Part shown: in pieces, positions 12,126 to 24,256 of the stretch
Numbering within the stretch: the stretch's first letter is position 1
Layout: each line of letters starts with the position of its first letter
Source: Escherichia coli
Lineage (GTDB): Bacteria; Pseudomonadota; Gammaproteobacteria; Enterobacterales; Enterobacteriaceae
NCBI RefSeq assembly: GCF_030384885.1
Contig: NZ_CP128613.1
Length of the DNA: 64,000 nt
Direction: 5' to 3' (one strand)
Program-made: the position numbers and the translations under genes
Notes under the pieces: generated by a model
What the model was told of the DNA's origin: nothing
Seen by the model: only the letters and a program-made list of their open reading frames with translations
Databases searched by the model: none

Positions 12126-13244
12126 ATGACTGGAGATAACACCCTCATCCATTCTCACGGCATTAACCGTCGTGATTTCATGAAGCTTTGTGCAGCATTA
12201 GCCGCCACCATGGGGTTAAGTAGCAAAGCCGCTGCAGAAATGGCCGAATCGGTTACTAACCCGCAGCGTCCGCCAGTTATCTGGATTGGCGCGCAGGAGT
12301 GCACCGGTTGTACGGAATCTCTGCTTCGTGCAACGCATCCAACGGTAGAAAACCTCGTGCTGGAGACTATCTCTCTCGAGTATCACGAAGTGCTTTCCGC
12401 CGCCTTCGGTCATCAGGTCGAAGAGAACAAACATAACGCTCTCGAGAAGTACAAAGGGCAGTATGTGTTAGTGGTGGATGGTTCCATCCCATTAAAAGAT
12501 AATGGTATTTATTGCATGGTTGCCGGTGAGCCGATTGTGGATCACATCCGCAAAGCGGCGGAAGGCGCAGCAGCCATTATCGCTATCGGTTCCTGCTCTG
12601 CGTGGGGCGGTGTTGCCGCAGCTGGAGTTAACCCAACTGGCGCTGTCAGCCTGCAAGAAGTTCTGCCGGGCAAAACCGTTATCAACATTCCGGGCTGCCC
12701 ACCGAACCCGCACAACTTCCTCGCGACCGTTGCGCACATCATCACTTACGGCAAACCGCCGAAACTGGATGACAAAAACCGTCCGACTTTCGCCTATGGC
12801 CGTCTGATTCACGAACACTGCGAACGCCGCCCGCACTTCGATGCTGGTCGTTTTGCCAAAGAGTTCGGTGATGAAGGCCACCGCGAAGGCTGGTGCCTGT
12901 ACCACCTCGGCTGTAAAGGGCCAGAAACTTACGGCAACTGCTCAACGCTGCAATTCTGCGACGTTGGTGGCGTGTGGCCGGTGGCGATTGGTCACCCGTG
13001 CTATGGCTGTAACGAAGAAGGTATCGGCTTCCATAAAGGCATCCATCAGCTTGCCAACGTCGAAAACCAGACTCCGCGTTCGCAGAAACCGGATGTTAAC
13101 GCTAAAGAGGGCGGCAACGTCTCTGCGGGCGCTATCGGTTTGCTCGGCGGTGTGGTTGGGCTGGTTGCCGGTGTCAGCGTGATGGCGGTGCGTGAACTGG
13201 GTCGTCAGCAAAAGAAAGATAACGCTGACTCACGGGGAGAATAA
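12126..13244 (+). CDS. hybO: hydrogenase 2 small subunit (Tat signal RRDFMK)
   Basis: Track ORF 372 aa; twin-arginine motif and [NiFe] small-subunit Cys clusters. Confidence 0.97.
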   Translation: MTGDNTLIHSHGINRRDFMKLCAALAATMGLSSKAAAEMAESVTNPQRPPVIWIGAQECTGCTESLLRATHPTVENLVLETISLEYHEVLSAAFGHQVEENKHNALEKYKGQYVLVVDGSIPLKDNGIYCMVAGEPIVDHIRKAAEGAAAIIAIGSCSAWGGVAAAGVNPTGAVSLQEVLPGKTVINIPGCPPNPHNFLATVAHIITYGKPPKLDDKNRPTFAYGRLIHEHCERRPHFDAGRFAKEFGDEGHREGWCLYHLGCKGPETYGNCSTLQFCDVGGVWPVAIGHPCYGCNEEGIGFHKGIHQLANVENQTPRSQKPDVNAKEGGNVSAGAIGLLGGVVGLVAGVSVMAVRELGRQQKKDNADSRGE

Positions 13245-13246
13245 CC

Positions 13247-14233
13247 GTGAACAGACGTAATTTTATTAAAGCAGCCTCCTGCGGGGCATTGCTGACGGGC
13301 GCGTTGCCGTCGGTCAGTCATGCGGCTGCTGAAAACCGCCCGCCAATTCCGGGATCGCTGAGTATGTTGTATGACTCGACGCTGTGCGTAGGCTGCCAGG
13401 CGTGCGTCACTAAGTGTCAGGATATCAACTTCCCTGAACGTAACCCACAAGGGGAACAGACCTGGTCGAACAACGACAAACTGTCGCCGTACACCAATAA
13501 CATCATTCAGGTGTGGACCAGCGGCACGGGAGTCAACAAAGACCAGGAAGAGAACGGCTATGCGTACATTAAGAAACAGTGTATGCACTGCGTCGATCCG
13601 AACTGTGTCTCCGTGTGCCCGGTCTCCGCGCTGAAAAAAGATCCGAAAACCGGCATTGTCCATTACGACAAAGATGTGTGCACCGGCTGCCGTTACTGCA
13701 TGGTCGCCTGCCCATACAACGTGCCGAAGTACGACTACAACAACCCGTTTGGTGCGCTGCATAAGTGCGAGCTGTGCAACCAGAAAGGTGTGGAACGTCT
13801 CGATAAAGGCGGTCTGCCTGGCTGCGTAGAAGTGTGCCCGGCGGGCGCGGTGATTTTTGGTACGCGTGAAGAGCTGATGGCGGAGGCGAAAAAACGTCTG
13901 GCGCTGAAGCCTGGCAGCGAATACCACTATCCACGTCAGACGCTGAAATCTGGCGACACTTACCTGCACACGGTGCCGAAATATTATCCGCATCTGTACG
14001 GCGAGAAAGAGGGCGGCGGTACTCAGGTTCTGGTACTGACGGGTGTGCCTTATGAAAATCTCGACCTGCCGAAACTGGACGATCTTTCTACTGGTGCGCG
14101 TTCCGAACATGTTCAACACACCCTGTATAAAGGCATGATGCTACCACTGGCTGTGCTGGCGGGCTTAACCGTGCTGGTTCGTCGCAACACCAAAAACGAC
14201 CATCACGACGGAGGAGACGATCATGAGTCATGA
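13247..14233 (+). CDS. hybA: hydrogenase 2 4Fe-4S ferredoxin-type component (GTG start, Tat signal)
   Basis: Track ORF 328 aa [19 protein letters not shown]...; multiple CxxCxxCxxxCP motifs. Confidence 0.96.
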   Translation: MNRRNFIKAASCGALLTGALPSVSHAAAENRPPIPGSLSMLYDSTLCVGCQACVTKCQDINFPERNPQGEQTWSNNDKLSPYTNNIIQVWTSGTGVNKDQEENGYAYIKKQCMHCVDPNCVSVCPVSALKKDPKTGIVHYDKDVCTGCRYCMVACPYNVPKYDYNNPFGALHKCELCNQKGVERLDKGGLPGCVEVCPAGAVIFGTREELMAEAKKRLALKPGSEYHYPRQTLKSGDTYLHTVPKYYPHLYGEKEGGGTQVLVLTGVPYENLDLPKLDDLSTGARSEHVQHTLYKGMMLPLAVLAGLTVLVRRNTKNDHHDGGDDHES

Positions 14234-15401
14234 TCCACAACCGCTGGGCGGCAAAATCATCAGTAAACCGGTCATGATTTTTGGACCGTTAATCGTCATC
14301 TGTATGCTCCTGATTGTGAAGCGTCTGGTGTTCGGTCTGGGCTCTGTCTCTGACCTGAACGGCGGCTTCCCGTGGGGCGTGTGGATCGCGTTTGACCTGT
14401 TGATCGGCACCGGCTTTGCCTGTGGCGGCTGGGCGCTGGCGTGGGCGGTATACGTCTTTAATCGTGGGCAATACCATCCGCTGGTGCGTCCGGCACTGTT
14501 GGCAAGTCTGTTTGGTTACTCACTGGGTGGCTTGTCGATCACTATCGACGTGGGGCGCTACTGGAACCTGCCGTACTTCTACATTCCGGGTCACTTCAAC
14601 GTGAACTCGGTACTGTTCGAGACGGCGGTCTGTATGACTATCTACATCGGCGTGATGGCACTCGAGTTTGCTCCGGCACTGTTTGAACGTCTGGGCTGGA
14701 AAGTATCGCTACAGCGTCTGAACAAGGTGATGTTCTTCATCATCGCGCTCGGCGCGCTGCTGCCAACCATGCACCAGTCTTCAATGGGGTCGCTGATGAT
14801 CTCGGCGGGCTACAAGGTGCATCCGCTGTGGCAAAGCTATGAAATGTTGCCGCTGTTCTCGCTGTTGACGGCGTTCATCATGGGCTTCTCGATTGTCATC
14901 TTTGAAGGTTCGCTGGTGCAGGCGGGTCTGCGTGGCAACGGTCCGGATGAAAAGAGCCTGTTCGTCAAACTGACCAACACCATCAGTGTGTTGCTGGCGA
15001 TTTTCATCGTGTTGCGCTTTGGCGAGCTGATCTATCGCGACAAGCTGTCGTTAGCGTTTGCCGGTGACTTCTACTCCGTGATGTTCTGGATTGAAGTCCT
15101 GCTGATGCTCTTCCCGCTGGTCGTTCTGCGTGTGGCGAAGCTGCGTAATGATTCCCGCATGCTGTTCCTGTCAGCACTGAGCGCACTGTTAGGTTGTGCA
15201 ACCTGGCGTCTGACCTATTCGCTGGTGGCATTCAACCCGGGCGGCGGTTACGCCTACTTCCCGACCTGGGAAGAACTGTTGATTTCTATTGGTTTTGTGG
15301 CTATTGAGATTTGCGCCTACATCGTACTCATTCGTCTACTGCCGATACTTCCTCCTTTAAAACAAAACGATCATAATCGTCATGAGGCGAGCAAAGCATG
15401 A
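14223..15401 (+). CDS. hybB: hydrogenase 2 membrane anchor (cytochrome b-like)
   Basis: Track ORF 392 aa polytopic; overlaps hybA stop. Confidence 0.95.
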   Translation: MSHDPQPLGGKIISKPVMIFGPLIVICMLLIVKRLVFGLGSVSDLNGGFPWGVWIAFDLLIGTGFACGGWALAWAVYVFNRGQYHPLVRPALLASLFGYSLGGLSITIDVGRYWNLPYFYIPGHFNVNSVLFETAVCMTIYIGVMALEFAPALFERLGWKVSLQRLNKVMFFIIALGALLPTMHQSSMGSLMISAGYKVHPLWQSYEMLPLFSLLTAFIMGFSIVIFEGSLVQAGLRGNGPDEKSLFVKLTNTISVLLAIFIVLRFGELIYRDKLSLAFAGDFYSVMFWIEVLLMLFPLVVLRVAKLRNDSRMLFLSALSALLGCATWRLTYSLVAFNPGGGYAYFPTWEELLISIGFVAIEICAYIVLIRLLPILPPLKQNDHNRHEASKA

Positions 15402-17101
15402 GCCAGAGAATTACTATTGATCCGGTAACCCGTATTGAGGGGCATTTACGCATCGATTGCGAAATCGAAAATGGCGTCGTTTCGAAAGCATGGGCTTCCG
15501 GTACCATGTGGCGCGGCATGGAAGAGATCGTGAAAAACCGCGATCCGCGCGATGCATGGATGATTGTGCAACGTATCTGTGGCGTATGTACGACTACTCA
15601 CGCGCTGTCTTCCGTTCGTGCGGCAGAGAGCGCGCTGAATATCGACGTTCCGGTTAACGCGCAATACATCCGTAACATCATTCTGGCTGCGCACACCACG
15701 CATGACCATATCGTTCATTTCTATCAGCTTTCGGCGCTGGACTGGGTGGACATCACTTCTGCACTGCAAGCTGATCCAACCAAAGCCTCCGAAATGCTGA
15801 AAGGCGTTTCGACCTGGCATCTGAACAGCCCGGAAGAGTTCACCAAAGTTCAGAACAAGATCAAAGATCTGGTTGCCAGCGGTCAGTTGGGTATTTTCGC
15901 CAATGGCTACTGGGGTCACCCGGCGATGAAACTGCCGCCAGAAGTGAACCTGATTGCGGTAGCGCACTACCTGCAAGCGCTGGAGTGCCAGCGTGATGCT
16001 AACCGTGTAGTGGCGCTGCTGGGCGGTAAAACCCCGCACATTCAGAACCTGGCGGTAGGCGGTGTCGCGAACCCAATCAACCTCGACGGTCTGGGCGTGC
16101 TGAACCTTGAGCGCCTTATGTATATCAAGTCTTTCATCGACAAGCTGAGCGACTTTGTAGAGCAGGTTTACAAGGTTGATACCGCAGTTATCGCCGCGTT
16201 TTACCCGGAATGGCTGACGCGCGGTAAAGGTGCGGTGAACTATCTGAGCGTGCCGGAATTTCCGACCGACAGCAAAAACGGTAGCTTCCTGTTCCCGGGC
16301 GGCTACATCCAGAATGCCGATCTGTCGACTTACCGTCCGATCACTTCTCATTCCGATGAATATCTGATCAAAGGGATTCAGGAAAGCGCGAAGCACTCCT
16401 GGTATAAAGACGAAGCGCCGCAGGCACCGTGGGAAGGCACCACTATTCCGGCTTATGATGGTTGGTCTGACGACGGCAAATATTCCTGGGTGAAATCACC
16501 GACTTTCTACGGCAAAACGGTAGAAGTGGGGCCGCTGGCTAACATGCTGGTGAAACTGGCGGCAGGACGCGAGTCTACCCAGAACAAACTGAATGAAATC
16601 GTTGCGATTTATCAGAAACTGACTGGCAACACGCTGGAAGTGGCGCAGCTGCACTCCACGCTGGGCCGTATCATTGGTCGTACCGTTCACTGCTGCGAAT
16701 TGCAGGATATCCTGCAAAACCAATACAGTGCACTGATCACCAATATCGGCAAAGGCGATCACACCACCTTTGTGAAACCGAACATTCCGGCTACAGGTGA
16801 GTTCAAAGGTGTTGGCTTCCTTGAAGCACCGCGCGGTATGCTCTCTCACTGGATGGTGATCAAAGACGGAATTATCAGTAACTACCAGGCAGTTGTTCCA
16901 TCAACCTGGAACTCTGGCCCGCGTAACTTCAATGATGACGTCGGTCCTTACGAGCAGTCGCTGGTGGGTACGCCGGTTGCCGATCCGAATAAACCGCTGG
17001 AAGTGGTGCGTACCATTCACTCCTTCGACCCGTGCATGGCCTGTGCGGTACACGTAGTGGATGCCGACGGCAACGAAGTGGTTTCAGTGAAGGTCCTGTA
17101 A
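15398..17101 (+). CDS. hybC: hydrogenase 2 large subunit ([NiFe])
   Basis: Track ORF 567 aa; N-terminal RICGVCTTTH and C-terminal DPCMACAVH nickel-binding motifs. Confidence 0.97.
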   Translation: MSQRITIDPVTRIEGHLRIDCEIENGVVSKAWASGTMWRGMEEIVKNRDPRDAWMIVQRICGVCTTTHALSSVRAAESALNIDVPVNAQYIRNIILAAHTTHDHIVHFYQLSALDWVDITSALQADPTKASEMLKGVSTWHLNSPEEFTKVQNKIKDLVASGQLGIFANGYWGHPAMKLPPEVNLIAVAHYLQALECQRDANRVVALLGGKTPHIQNLAVGGVANPINLDGLGVLNLERLMYIKSFIDKLSDFVEQVYKVDTAVIAAFYPEWLTRGKGAVNYLSVPEFPTDSKNGSFLFPGGYIQNADLSTYRPITSHSDEYLIKGIQESAKHSWYKDEAPQAPWEGTTIPAYDGWSDDGKYSWVKSPTFYGKTVEVGPLANMLVKLAAGRESTQNKLNEIVAIYQKLTGNTLEVAQLHSTLGRIIGRTVHCCELQDILQNQYSALITNIGKGDHTTFVKPNIPATGEFKGVGFLEAPRGMLSHWMVIKDGIISNYQAVVPSTWNSGPRNFNDDVGPYEQSLVGTPVADPNKPLEVVRTIHSFDPCMACAVHVVDADGNEVVSVKVL

Positions 17102-17595
17102 TGCGTATTTTAGTCTTAGGGGTTGGCAATATTTTGCTGACCGATGAAGCCATCGGTGTGCGGATTGTCGAAGCGTTAGAGCAACGATACATTCTGCCGG
17201 ATTATGTTGAGATCCTCGATGGCGGCACGGCGGGAATGGAGCTGCTTGGCGACATGGCAAATCGCGATCATCTGATTATCGCCGATGCCATTGTGTCGAA
17301 AAAGAACGCGCCGGGAACGATGATGATCCTGCGGGATGAAGAAGTTCCGGCGTTGTTTACCAACAAAATCTCTCCGCATCAGCTTGGCCTGGCCGACGTA
17401 TTGTCGGCCCTGCGCTTCACCGGCGAGTTTCCGAAAAAGCTGACCCTGGTCGGCGTGATCCCGGAATCGCTGGAGCCGCACATCGGCTTGACGCCGACGG
17501 TCGAAGCGATGATTGAACCTGCGCTTGAGCAGGTTCTGGTTGCGCTGCGCGAATCAGGCGTGGAAGCCATCCCACGGGAGGCGACTCATGAATGA
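17101..17595 (+). CDS. hybD: hydrogenase 2 maturation endopeptidase
   Basis: Track ORF 17032..17595; start trimmed to MRILVLGVGNILLTDEAIG (164 aa); TAATG overlap with hybC. Confidence 0.93.
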   Translation: MRILVLGVGNILLTDEAIGVRIVEALEQRYILPDYVEILDGGTAGMELLGDMANRDHLIIADAIVSKKNAPGTMMILRDEEVPALFTNKISPHQLGLADVLSALRFTGEFPKKLTLVGVIPESLEPHIGLTPTVEAMIEPALEQVLVALRESGVEAIPREATHE

Positions 17596-18076
17596 AGAGA
17601 TAGCAGGTTTTCAGACCTCCCCGAAGGCGCAAGTACAGGCAGCGTTTGAAGAAATTGCCCGGCGTTCGATGCACGATCTCTCTTTTCTGCATCCTTCAAT
17701 GCCGGTGTACGTTTCCGACTTTACGTTGTTCGAAGGTCAGTGGACGGGGTGTGTAATCACCCCATGGATGCTGAGTGCAGTTATCTTCCCCGGCCCGGAT
17801 CAACTCTGGCCGCTGCGCAAAGTGAGTGAAAAAATCGGTCTGCAACTGCCGTATGGCACCATGACCTTTACTGTTGGTGAACTGGACGGTGTTTCGCAAT
17901 ACCTCTCCTGCTCGCTGATGTCGCCGCTTTCGCACAGCATGTCGATTGAAGAGGGCCAACGCCTGACGGATGACTGCGCACGAATGATCCTTTCGCTGCC
18001 AGTCACGAATCCGGATGTACCACACGCAGGGCGTCGTGCCCTGCTATTTGGCCGCAGGAGTGGCGAAAATGCATGA
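17588..18076 (+). CDS. hybE: hydrogenase 2-specific chaperone
   Basis: Track ORF 17513..18076; start trimmed to MNEEIAGFQTSPKAQ (162 aa). Confidence 0.9.
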   Translation: MNEEIAGFQTSPKAQVQAAFEEIARRSMHDLSFLHPSMPVYVSDFTLFEGQWTGCVITPWMLSAVIFPGPDQLWPLRKVSEKIGLQLPYGTMTFTVGELDGVSQYLSCSLMSPLSHSMSIEEGQRLTDDCARMILSLPVTNPDVPHAGRRALLFGRRSGENA

Positions 18077-18410
18077 GTTGTCGCTTTGCCAGAGCGCCGT
18101 TGAAATTATCCAACGGCAGGCGGAGCAGCATGATGTTAAGCGCGTCACCGCCGTGTGGCTGGAAATTGGCGCGCTCTCCTGCGTTGAGGAGAGCGCCGTC
18201 CGTTTTAGTTTTGAAATTGTCTGCCACGGAACGGTGGCGCAAGGGTGCGATTTACATATCGTCTATAAACCCGCCCAGGCCTGGTGCTGGGATTGCAGCC
18301 AGGTAGTGGAGATTCATCAGCACGATGCGCAATGCCCGCTCTGTCATGGCGAGCGGTTGCGTGTCGATACCGGCGATTCGCTGATCGTCAAAAGTATTGA
18401 AGTTGAATAA
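18069..18410 (+). CDS. hybF: hydrogenase nickel incorporation protein (HypA paralog)
   Basis: Track ORF 18015..18410; start trimmed to MHELSLCQSAVEIIQ (113 aa); CxxC...CxxC zinc site. Confidence 0.92.
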   Translation: MHELSLCQSAVEIIQRQAEQHDVKRVTAVWLEIGALSCVEESAVRFSFEIVCHGTVAQGCDLHIVYKPAQAWCWDCSQVVEIHQHDAQCPLCHGERLRVDTGDSLIVKSIEVE

Positions 18411-18422
18411 CCGGAGTTAACA

Positions 18423-18671
18423 ATGTGTATTGGCGTTCCAGGCCAGGTGCTGGCTGTCGGTGAAGATATTCACCAGCTTGCGCAGGTAGAAGTATGTGGT
18501 ATCAAGCGCGACGTGAATATCGCCCTGATTTGTGAAGGTAACCCTGCCGATTTGCTGGGCCAGTGGGTACTGGTACACGTCGGATTTGCCATGAGCATCA
18601 TCGACGAAGATGAAGCCAAAGCCACATTAGACGCGCTGCGCCAAATGGATTACGACATTACCAGCGCGTGA
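18423..18671 (+). CDS. hybG: hydrogenase maturation factor (HypC paralog)
   Basis: Track ORF 82 aa starting MCIGVPGQV (HypC-type N-terminal Cys). Confidence 0.93.
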
Positions 18672-18675
18672 TGAT

Positions 18676-18766
18676 TAGCTTTCGTAGGCCTGATAAGACG
18701 CGACAGCGTCGCATCAGGCATTGTGCACGATTGCCGGATGCGGCGTGAACGCCTTATCCGGCCTGG
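18676..18766. repeat. REP/BIME element
   Basis: gtaggcctgataagacgcgacagcgtcgcatcaggc ... gccggatgcggcgtgaacgccttatccggcctg. Confidence 0.75.
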
Positions 18767-18793
18767 ATGGCTTGCTGCGACGAACACCAACCC

Positions 18794-19660
18794 TTACCCC
18801 TGACGCTTATCTTCCGTATTCGTCTCAAAATCACTGGCGTCATGGCGCTCGTGCAACTGCTCGTTCAGCGGCCCGTTGGTGCGGTTAACAATACGCCCAC
18901 GCTTCACCGCCGGACGTTCGCCCACTTCTTTCGCCCAGCGTTGCACGTGTTTATAACTGCCCGCATCAAGAAACTCTGCGGCATCATACACACCACCTAA
19001 CACCACGTTGCCAAACCACGGCCAGATCGCCATATCCGCAATGGTGTACTCATCGCCCGCAACAAACTTATGCTGCGCCAGTTGCTTATCCAGCACGTCG
19101 AGCAGGCGCTTGGCTTCCATGGTAAACCGGTTGATGGCGTATTCAATTTTCACCGGCGCGTAATGGTAAAAGTGACCAAAACCACCGCCGAGGAACGGCG
19201 CGGCACCTTGTAACCAGAACAGCCAGTTCATTGCTTCAGTACGTTTCGCCAGATCCTGCGGCAGGAAGTAGCCAAATTTCTCCGCCAGATAAAGCAGAAT
19301 CGATCCAGACTCAAACACGCGGATCGGCGGAGTATGGGTATGATCGCGTAGCGCCGGGATCTTCGAGTTTGGGTTCACTTCGACAAAGCCGCTGGAGAAT
19401 TGATCGCCATCGCCAATACGAATCAGCCAGGCGTCGTACTCTGCACCAGTAACGCCCAGCGCCAGCAGCTCTTCAAGCATAATCGTTACTTTCTGACCGT
19501 TTGGCGTACCCAGTGAATAGAGTTGCAGCGGATGTTTGCCCACCGGCAGCGTTTTTTCATGCGTCGGACCAGAAACCGGGCGATTGATATTGGCGAACGC
19601 GCCGCCAGCGGATTTATCCCACGTCCAGACTTTCGCGGGCTGATAAGTATTGTCTGTCAT
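18794..19660 (-). CDS. yghU: glutathione transferase-like protein (disulfide-bond reductase)
   Basis: Track ORF 18794..19708; start trimmed to MTDNTYQPAKVWTWDKSAGG (288 aa). Confidence 0.92.
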   Translation of the reverse strand: MTDNTYQPAKVWTWDKSAGGAFANINRPVSGPTHEKTLPVGKHPLQLYSLGTPNGQKVTIMLEELLALGVTGAEYDAWLIRIGDGDQFSSGFVEVNPNSKIPALRDHTHTPPIRVFESGSILLYLAEKFGYFLPQDLAKRTEAMNWLFWLQGAAPFLGGGFGHFYHYAPVKIEYAINRFTMEAKRLLDVLDKQLAQHKFVAGDEYTIADMAIWPWFGNVVLGGVYDAAEFLDAGSYKHVQRWAKEVGERPAVKRGRIVNRTNGPLNEQLHERHDASDFETNTEDKRQG

Positions 19661-19864
19661 AGTGAGTTGCCTTCTGAGTGGTAGTGTTGAAGCAGTGTAG
19701 CAGGTCACTTGCTGTACAGAATGTGAATTTTTTAACCCTTTGCGCCAGCCGCTGCGATGAGGTGTATGATTAGTCTGACCTCTGTCCGGTTAATGTCGCT
19801 GAGCAGGTAATCAGAGCACAACAATTACGCCAACTGCTTAGGTTGTATTGTTAAAGGTAAAGTG

Positions 19865-21724
19865 ATGAGCAAAGGAACGACCAGCCAGGATGCCCCGTTC
19901 GGGACATTATTGGGCTACGCCCCAGGTGGGGTAGCAATCTACTCTTCAGATTACAGTTCTCTCGATCCGCAGGAATACGAAGATGACGCCGTATTCCGTA
20001 GCTATATCGACGACGAATATATGGGCCACAAATGGCAATGCGTTGAATTTGCTCGCCGTTTTCTCTTTCTGAATTACGGTGTGGTCTTCACTGACGTGGG
20101 TATGGCGTGGGAGATTTTCTCGCTGCGCTTCCTGCGTGAAGTGGTTAATGACAACATCCTGCCATTGCAGGCATTTCCTAACGGCTCGCCGCGTGCGCCG
20201 GTCGCGGGTGCGCTTCTTATCTGGGATAAAGGCGGTGAATTTAAAGACACTGGCCATGTCGCCATCATTACCCAATTGCATGGCAACAAAGTCCGTATTG
20301 CGGAACAGAACGTGATTCATTCCCCGTTACCGCAAGGGCAACAGTGGACACGCGAGCTGGAGATGGTGGTCGAAAACGGCTGCTATACCCTTAAAGACAC
20401 GTTTGATGACACCACCATTCTGGGCTGGATGATCCAGACGGAAGATACCGACTACAGCTTACCGCAGCCGGAAATTGCAGGCGAGCTGCTGAAAATCAGC
20501 GGAGCGCGTCTGGAAAACAAAGGTCAGTTTGACGGTAAATGGCTGGATGAAAAAGATCCGCTACAAAATGCCTACGTGCAGGCCAACGGTCAGGTGATCA
20601 ATCAGGATCCGTATCATTACTACACCATTACCGAGAGCGCAGAGCAGGAGCTGATTAAAGCCACCAACGAGCTGCACCTGATGTATCTTCACGCAACCGA
20701 CAAGGTGCTAAAAGATGACAACCTGCTGGCACTGTTCGACATTCCGAAAATCCTCTGGCCACGTTTGCGTCTCTCCTGGCAGCGTCGCCGTCACCATATG
20801 ATCACCGGTCGTATGGATTTCTGCATGGACGAACGTGGCCTGAAGGTCTACGAATACAACGCCGATTCCGCCTCCTGTCATACCGAAGCGGGCTTGATCC
20901 TCGAACGTTGGGCGGAGCAGGGCTATAAAGGCAATGGCTTCAATCCTGCGGAAGGGCTGATTAACGAACTGGCTGGTGCCTGGAAACACAGTCGTGCACG
21001 TCCGTTTGTCCATATCATGCAGGACAAAGATATCGAGGAAAACTATCACGCGCAGTTTATGGAGCAGGCGCTGCACCAGGCGGGCTTTGAAACGCGTATC
21101 TTGCGTGGGTTGGATGAACTGGGCTGGGATGCTGCCGGGCAACTGATTGATGGGGAAGGGCGACTGGTTAACTGCGTGTGGAAAACCTGGGCGTGGGAAA
21201 CCGCGTTTGATCAGATTCGTGAAGTTAGCGACCGTGAGTTTGCTGCGGTGCCGATCCGTACCGGTCATCCGCAAAATGAAGTGCGTTTAATTGACGTATT
21301 GCTGCGCCCGGAAGTGCTGGTCTTTGAGCCGCTGTGGACGGTGATCCCCGGCAACAAAGCGATTCTGCCGATCCTCTGGTCGCTGTTCCCGCACCATCGT
21401 TACCTACTGGATACCGATTTCACTGTTAATGATGAACTGGTAAAAACAGGTTACGCAGTGAAACCGATCGCCGGTCGCTGTGGCAGTAACATCGACCTCG
21501 TCAGCCATCATGAAGAGGTGCTGGATAAAACCAGCGGTAAATTTGCCGAGCAGAAAAACATCTATCAGCAACTGTGGTGTTTGCCGAAAGTGGACGGTAA
21601 ATACATCCAGGTATGTACTTTCACCGTTGGCGGCAACTACGGTGGGACGTGTTTGCGCGGTGATGAATCACTGGTCATCAAAAAAGAGAGTGATATTGAA
21701 CCGTTAATTGTCGTGAAAGAGTAA
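19865..21724 (+). CDS. gss: bifunctional glutathionylspermidine synthetase/amidase
   Basis: Track ORF 19862..21724; ATG at 19865, MSKGTTSQDAPFGTLLGYAPGG (619 aa). Confidence 0.96.
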   Translation: MSKGTTSQDAPFGTLLGYAPGGVAIYSSDYSSLDPQEYEDDAVFRSYIDDEYMGHKWQCVEFARRFLFLNYGVVFTDVGMAWEIFSLRFLREVVNDNILPLQAFPNGSPRAPVAGALLIWDKGGEFKDTGHVAIITQLHGNKVRIAEQNVIHSPLPQGQQWTRELEMVVENGCYTLKDTFDDTTILGWMIQTEDTDYSLPQPEIAGELLKISGARLENKGQFDGKWLDEKDPLQNAYVQANGQVINQDPYHYYTITESAEQELIKATNELHLMYLHATDKVLKDDNLLALFDIPKILWPRLRLSWQRRRHHMITGRMDFCMDERGLKVYEYNADSASCHTEAGLILERWAEQGYKGNGFNPAEGLINELAGAWKHSRARPFVHIMQDKDIEENYHAQFMEQALHQAGFETRILRGLDELGWDAAGQLIDGEGRLVNCVWKTWAWETAFDQIREVSDREFAAVPIRTGHPQNEVRLIDVLLRPEVLVFEPLWTVIPGNKAILPILWSLFPHHRYLLDTDFTVNDELVKTGYAVKPIAGRCGSNIDLVSHHEEVLDKTSGKFAEQKNIYQQLWCLPKVDGKYIQVCTFTVGGNYGGTCLRGDESLVIKKESDIEPLIVVKE

Positions 21725-21730
21725 TAGATG

Positions 21731-21768
21731 TTGTAGCAACCCCGTACTGATTATGAAGAATAATCAGT
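21731..21768 (+). terminator. hairpin downstream of gss (terminator candidate)
   Basis: ccccgtactgattat ... ataatcagtgcgggg inverted repeat immediately after gss stop; weak U-tract. Confidence 0.5.
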
Positions 21769-22015
21769 GCGGGGATTAATCAAAATATTCAATATTTATA
21801 TATTTCAATGTCTATTCATTTTATATGTGAATATATTAACCAGCAGAATACCTGTGTTCTAATTATTTTTAAATATTTTGAATGAATGCTTATTGTCTGA
21901 TACACAAGAAATAACACTCTTTTTATCGTTAAAAGATGATATTTCACTTTGCCCACGCCGTGAAAGTCACTGATAATGCGTCCGTTCGTAAATTCAAAAT
22001 GGCGTAATCTAATAT

Positions 22016-23515
22016 ATGCTAAATTTATTTGTTGGCCTTGATATATACACAGGGCTTTTGTTATTACTTGCTCTGGCATTTGTGTTGTTCTACGAAGCAA
22101 TCAATGGTTTTCATGACACGGCGAATGCGGTGGCAACCGTTATTTATACTCGTGCCATGCAGCCACAGCTTGCCGTGGTGATGGCGGCATTTTTTAACTT
22201 TTTTGGCGTATTGCTAGGCGGACTTAGCGTTGCCTATGCCATTGTCCATATGTTGCCAACCGATTTGTTGCTGAATATGGGGTCAACTCACGGCCTGGCG
22301 ATGGTCTTTTCCATGCTGCTGGCGGCGATTATCTGGAACCTGGGAACGTGGTTCTTTGGTTTACCGGCCTCCAGTTCGCATACCTTGATTGGTGCGATTA
22401 TCGGCATCGGTTTAACCAACGCGCTGTTAACCGGCTCATCGGTGATGGATGCGTTAAACCTGCGTGAAGTGACCAAAATTTTCTCCTCGCTGATTGTTTC
22501 CCCTATCGTCGGCCTGGTCATTGCGGGAGGCCTGATATTCCTGCTGCGCCGCTACTGGAGCGGGACGAAAAAGCGTGACCGTATTCACCGCATTCCGGAA
22601 GATCGCAAAAAGAAAAAAGGCAAACGTAAGCCACCATTCTGGACGCGTATTGCGCTGATTGTTTCCGCTGCGGGCGTGGCGTTTTCGCACGGCGCGAACG
22701 ACGGGCAGAAAGGGATCGGACTGGTGATGCTGGTACTGGTGGGGATTGCTCCTGCTGGTTTCGTCGTCAATATGAATGCGTCCGGCTATGAAATTACCCG
22801 TACCCGCGATGCCGTCACCAACTTTGAACACTATCTGCAACAGCATCCTGAACTGCCGCAGAAGTTGATTGCGATGGAACCTCCATTGCCTGCGGCATCG
22901 ACTGATGGCACGCAAGTAACGGAGTTTCATTGTCATCCGGCAAATACCTTTGATGCGATTGCGCGCGTTAAAACGATGTTGCCAGGTAATATGGAAAGCT
23001 ACGAGCCGTTAAGCGTGAGTCAGCGCAGCCAGCTGCGCCGCATTATGCTGTGCATCTCTGATACCTCTGCGAAGCTGGCGAAACTGCCAGGCGTCAGTAA
23101 AGAAGATCAGAACCTGCTGAAAAAACTGCGCAGCGATATGTTAAGCACCATTGAGTACGCTCCGGTGTGGATCATCATGGCGGTAGCACTGGCGCTCGGC
23201 ATTGGCACCATGATTGGCTGGCGTCGTGTAGCGATGACCATCGGTGAGAAGATTGGTAAGCGCGGCATGACGTATGCGCAAGGCATGGCGGCACAAATGA
23301 CGGCGGCAGTGTCTATCGGCCTTGCCAGTTATATTGGGATGCCCGTCTCCACAACGCACGTCCTCTCGTCTGCGGTAGCAGGGACGATGGTGGTGGACGG
23401 CGGTGGGTTACAGCGTAAAACGGTAACCAGCATCCTGATGGCGTGGGTGTTTACTTTACCGGCGGCGATTTTTCTGTCTGGTGGGTTGTACTGGATAGCA
23501 TTGCAGTTGATTTAA
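22016..23515 (+). CDS. pitB: low-affinity inorganic phosphate transporter
   Basis: Track ORF 499 aa [39 protein letters not shown]... Confidence 0.95.
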   Translation: MLNLFVGLDIYTGLLLLLALAFVLFYEAINGFHDTANAVATVIYTRAMQPQLAVVMAAFFNFFGVLLGGLSVAYAIVHMLPTDLLLNMGSTHGLAMVFSMLLAAIIWNLGTWFFGLPASSSHTLIGAIIGIGLTNALLTGSSVMDALNLREVTKIFSSLIVSPIVGLVIAGGLIFLLRRYWSGTKKRDRIHRIPEDRKKKKGKRKPPFWTRIALIVSAAGVAFSHGANDGQKGIGLVMLVLVGIAPAGFVVNMNASGYEITRTRDAVTNFEHYLQQHPELPQKLIAMEPPLPAASTDGTQVTEFHCHPANTFDAIARVKTMLPGNMESYEPLSVSQRSQLRRIMLCISDTSAKLAKLPGVSKEDQNLLKKLRSDMLSTIEYAPVWIIMAVALALGIGTMIGWRRVAMTIGEKIGKRGMTYAQGMAAQMTAAVSIGLASYIGMPVSTTHVLSSAVAGTMVVDGGGLQRKTVTSILMAWVFTLPAAIFLSGGLYWIALQLI

Positions 23516-23563
23516 CCTTCCTGAAAATGCCCGGTCCTGGCGATCGGGCATTTCCATTTTTGA

Positions 23564-24256
23564 CTAGTGATAACCACACGCGGTCATAAAATCCGTAATC
23601 GCTTTTTCTGCATCAACCAGCACCTTTTCCAGTGGCTGATTGGCGTCGATATCAACCAGTTGTGCACCACCAAAGGTTAACTGTGGCGTTATGGCAATCT
23701 TTCTCGCCAGCGATTCCCGTTTATGGTCGGGTTTACGCGCGCAGGCAACTTCAAGGTCAACATTGAGTTTGATAACCAGATCAGGCTTATGGCTCGCCAT
23801 CCAGTGAAATGCTTTACGTTCCTGGCTTGCCAGCCATGAGACAAACCGGCCGCCTTCAACGTTAGGTGGGAACACCGTACCATCGTAAGCGCCAGGAATT
23901 TGGTCCTGAGGATAACGATCGGTTAAGACAATCAGCCCGCGACGACGACAGGCGAGCATATGACGAAAGCGTAACAGTCGGCGGGCGACGAAAGCGGTGA
24001 TCACCAGGGCCGGAACCGGACCCGGCAATTTTTTTGCCGTTTTCACTTCATTTTTTTCAATAGTCTTGTGCAGAGACTTTCCCATCAACGGTAATTTTGT
24101 CACTGCACGACCGACATTTCCGGCCTGTTTTCCTAAATGAACTCTTTCGGCAGCACCATATTTTTCGACAACGGTAATAAGATGTTCACACACCGTTGAC
24201 TTGCCTGAACCATCGCTACCAATAACGGCAATTAATGGAGGTGTTATTGACTGCAT
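23564..24256 (-). CDS. yghT: P-loop NTPase (Walker [11 protein letters not shown]), YghR/S/T paralog family
   Basis: Track ORF 230 aa; shares Walker A, DRYPQ and ARKPDH motifs with the two downstream paralogs. Confidence 0.88.
   Translation of the reverse strand: MQSITPPLIAVIGSDGSGKSTVCEHLITVVEKYGAAERVHLGKQAGNVGRAVTKLPLMGKSLHKTIEKNEVKTAKKLPGPVPALVITAFVARRLLRFRHMLACRRRGLIVLTDRYPQDQIPGAYDGTVFPPNVEGGRFVSWLASQERKAFHWMASHKPDLVIKLNVDLEVACARKPDHKRESLARKIAITPQLTFGGAQLVDIDANQPLEKVLVDAEKAITDFMTACGYH

Noticed and set aside
13205-14119. 304-aa ORF antisense to hybA
   Set aside because: Overlaps the hybA ferredoxin gene. Low-complexity Arg-rich translation. No independent support.
15446-16396. 316-aa ORF antisense to hybC
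   Set aside because: Lies entirely inside the well-supported [NiFe] hydrogenase large-subunit gene on the opposite strand. Arg/His-rich composition typical of antisense frames in GC-rich coding DNA.
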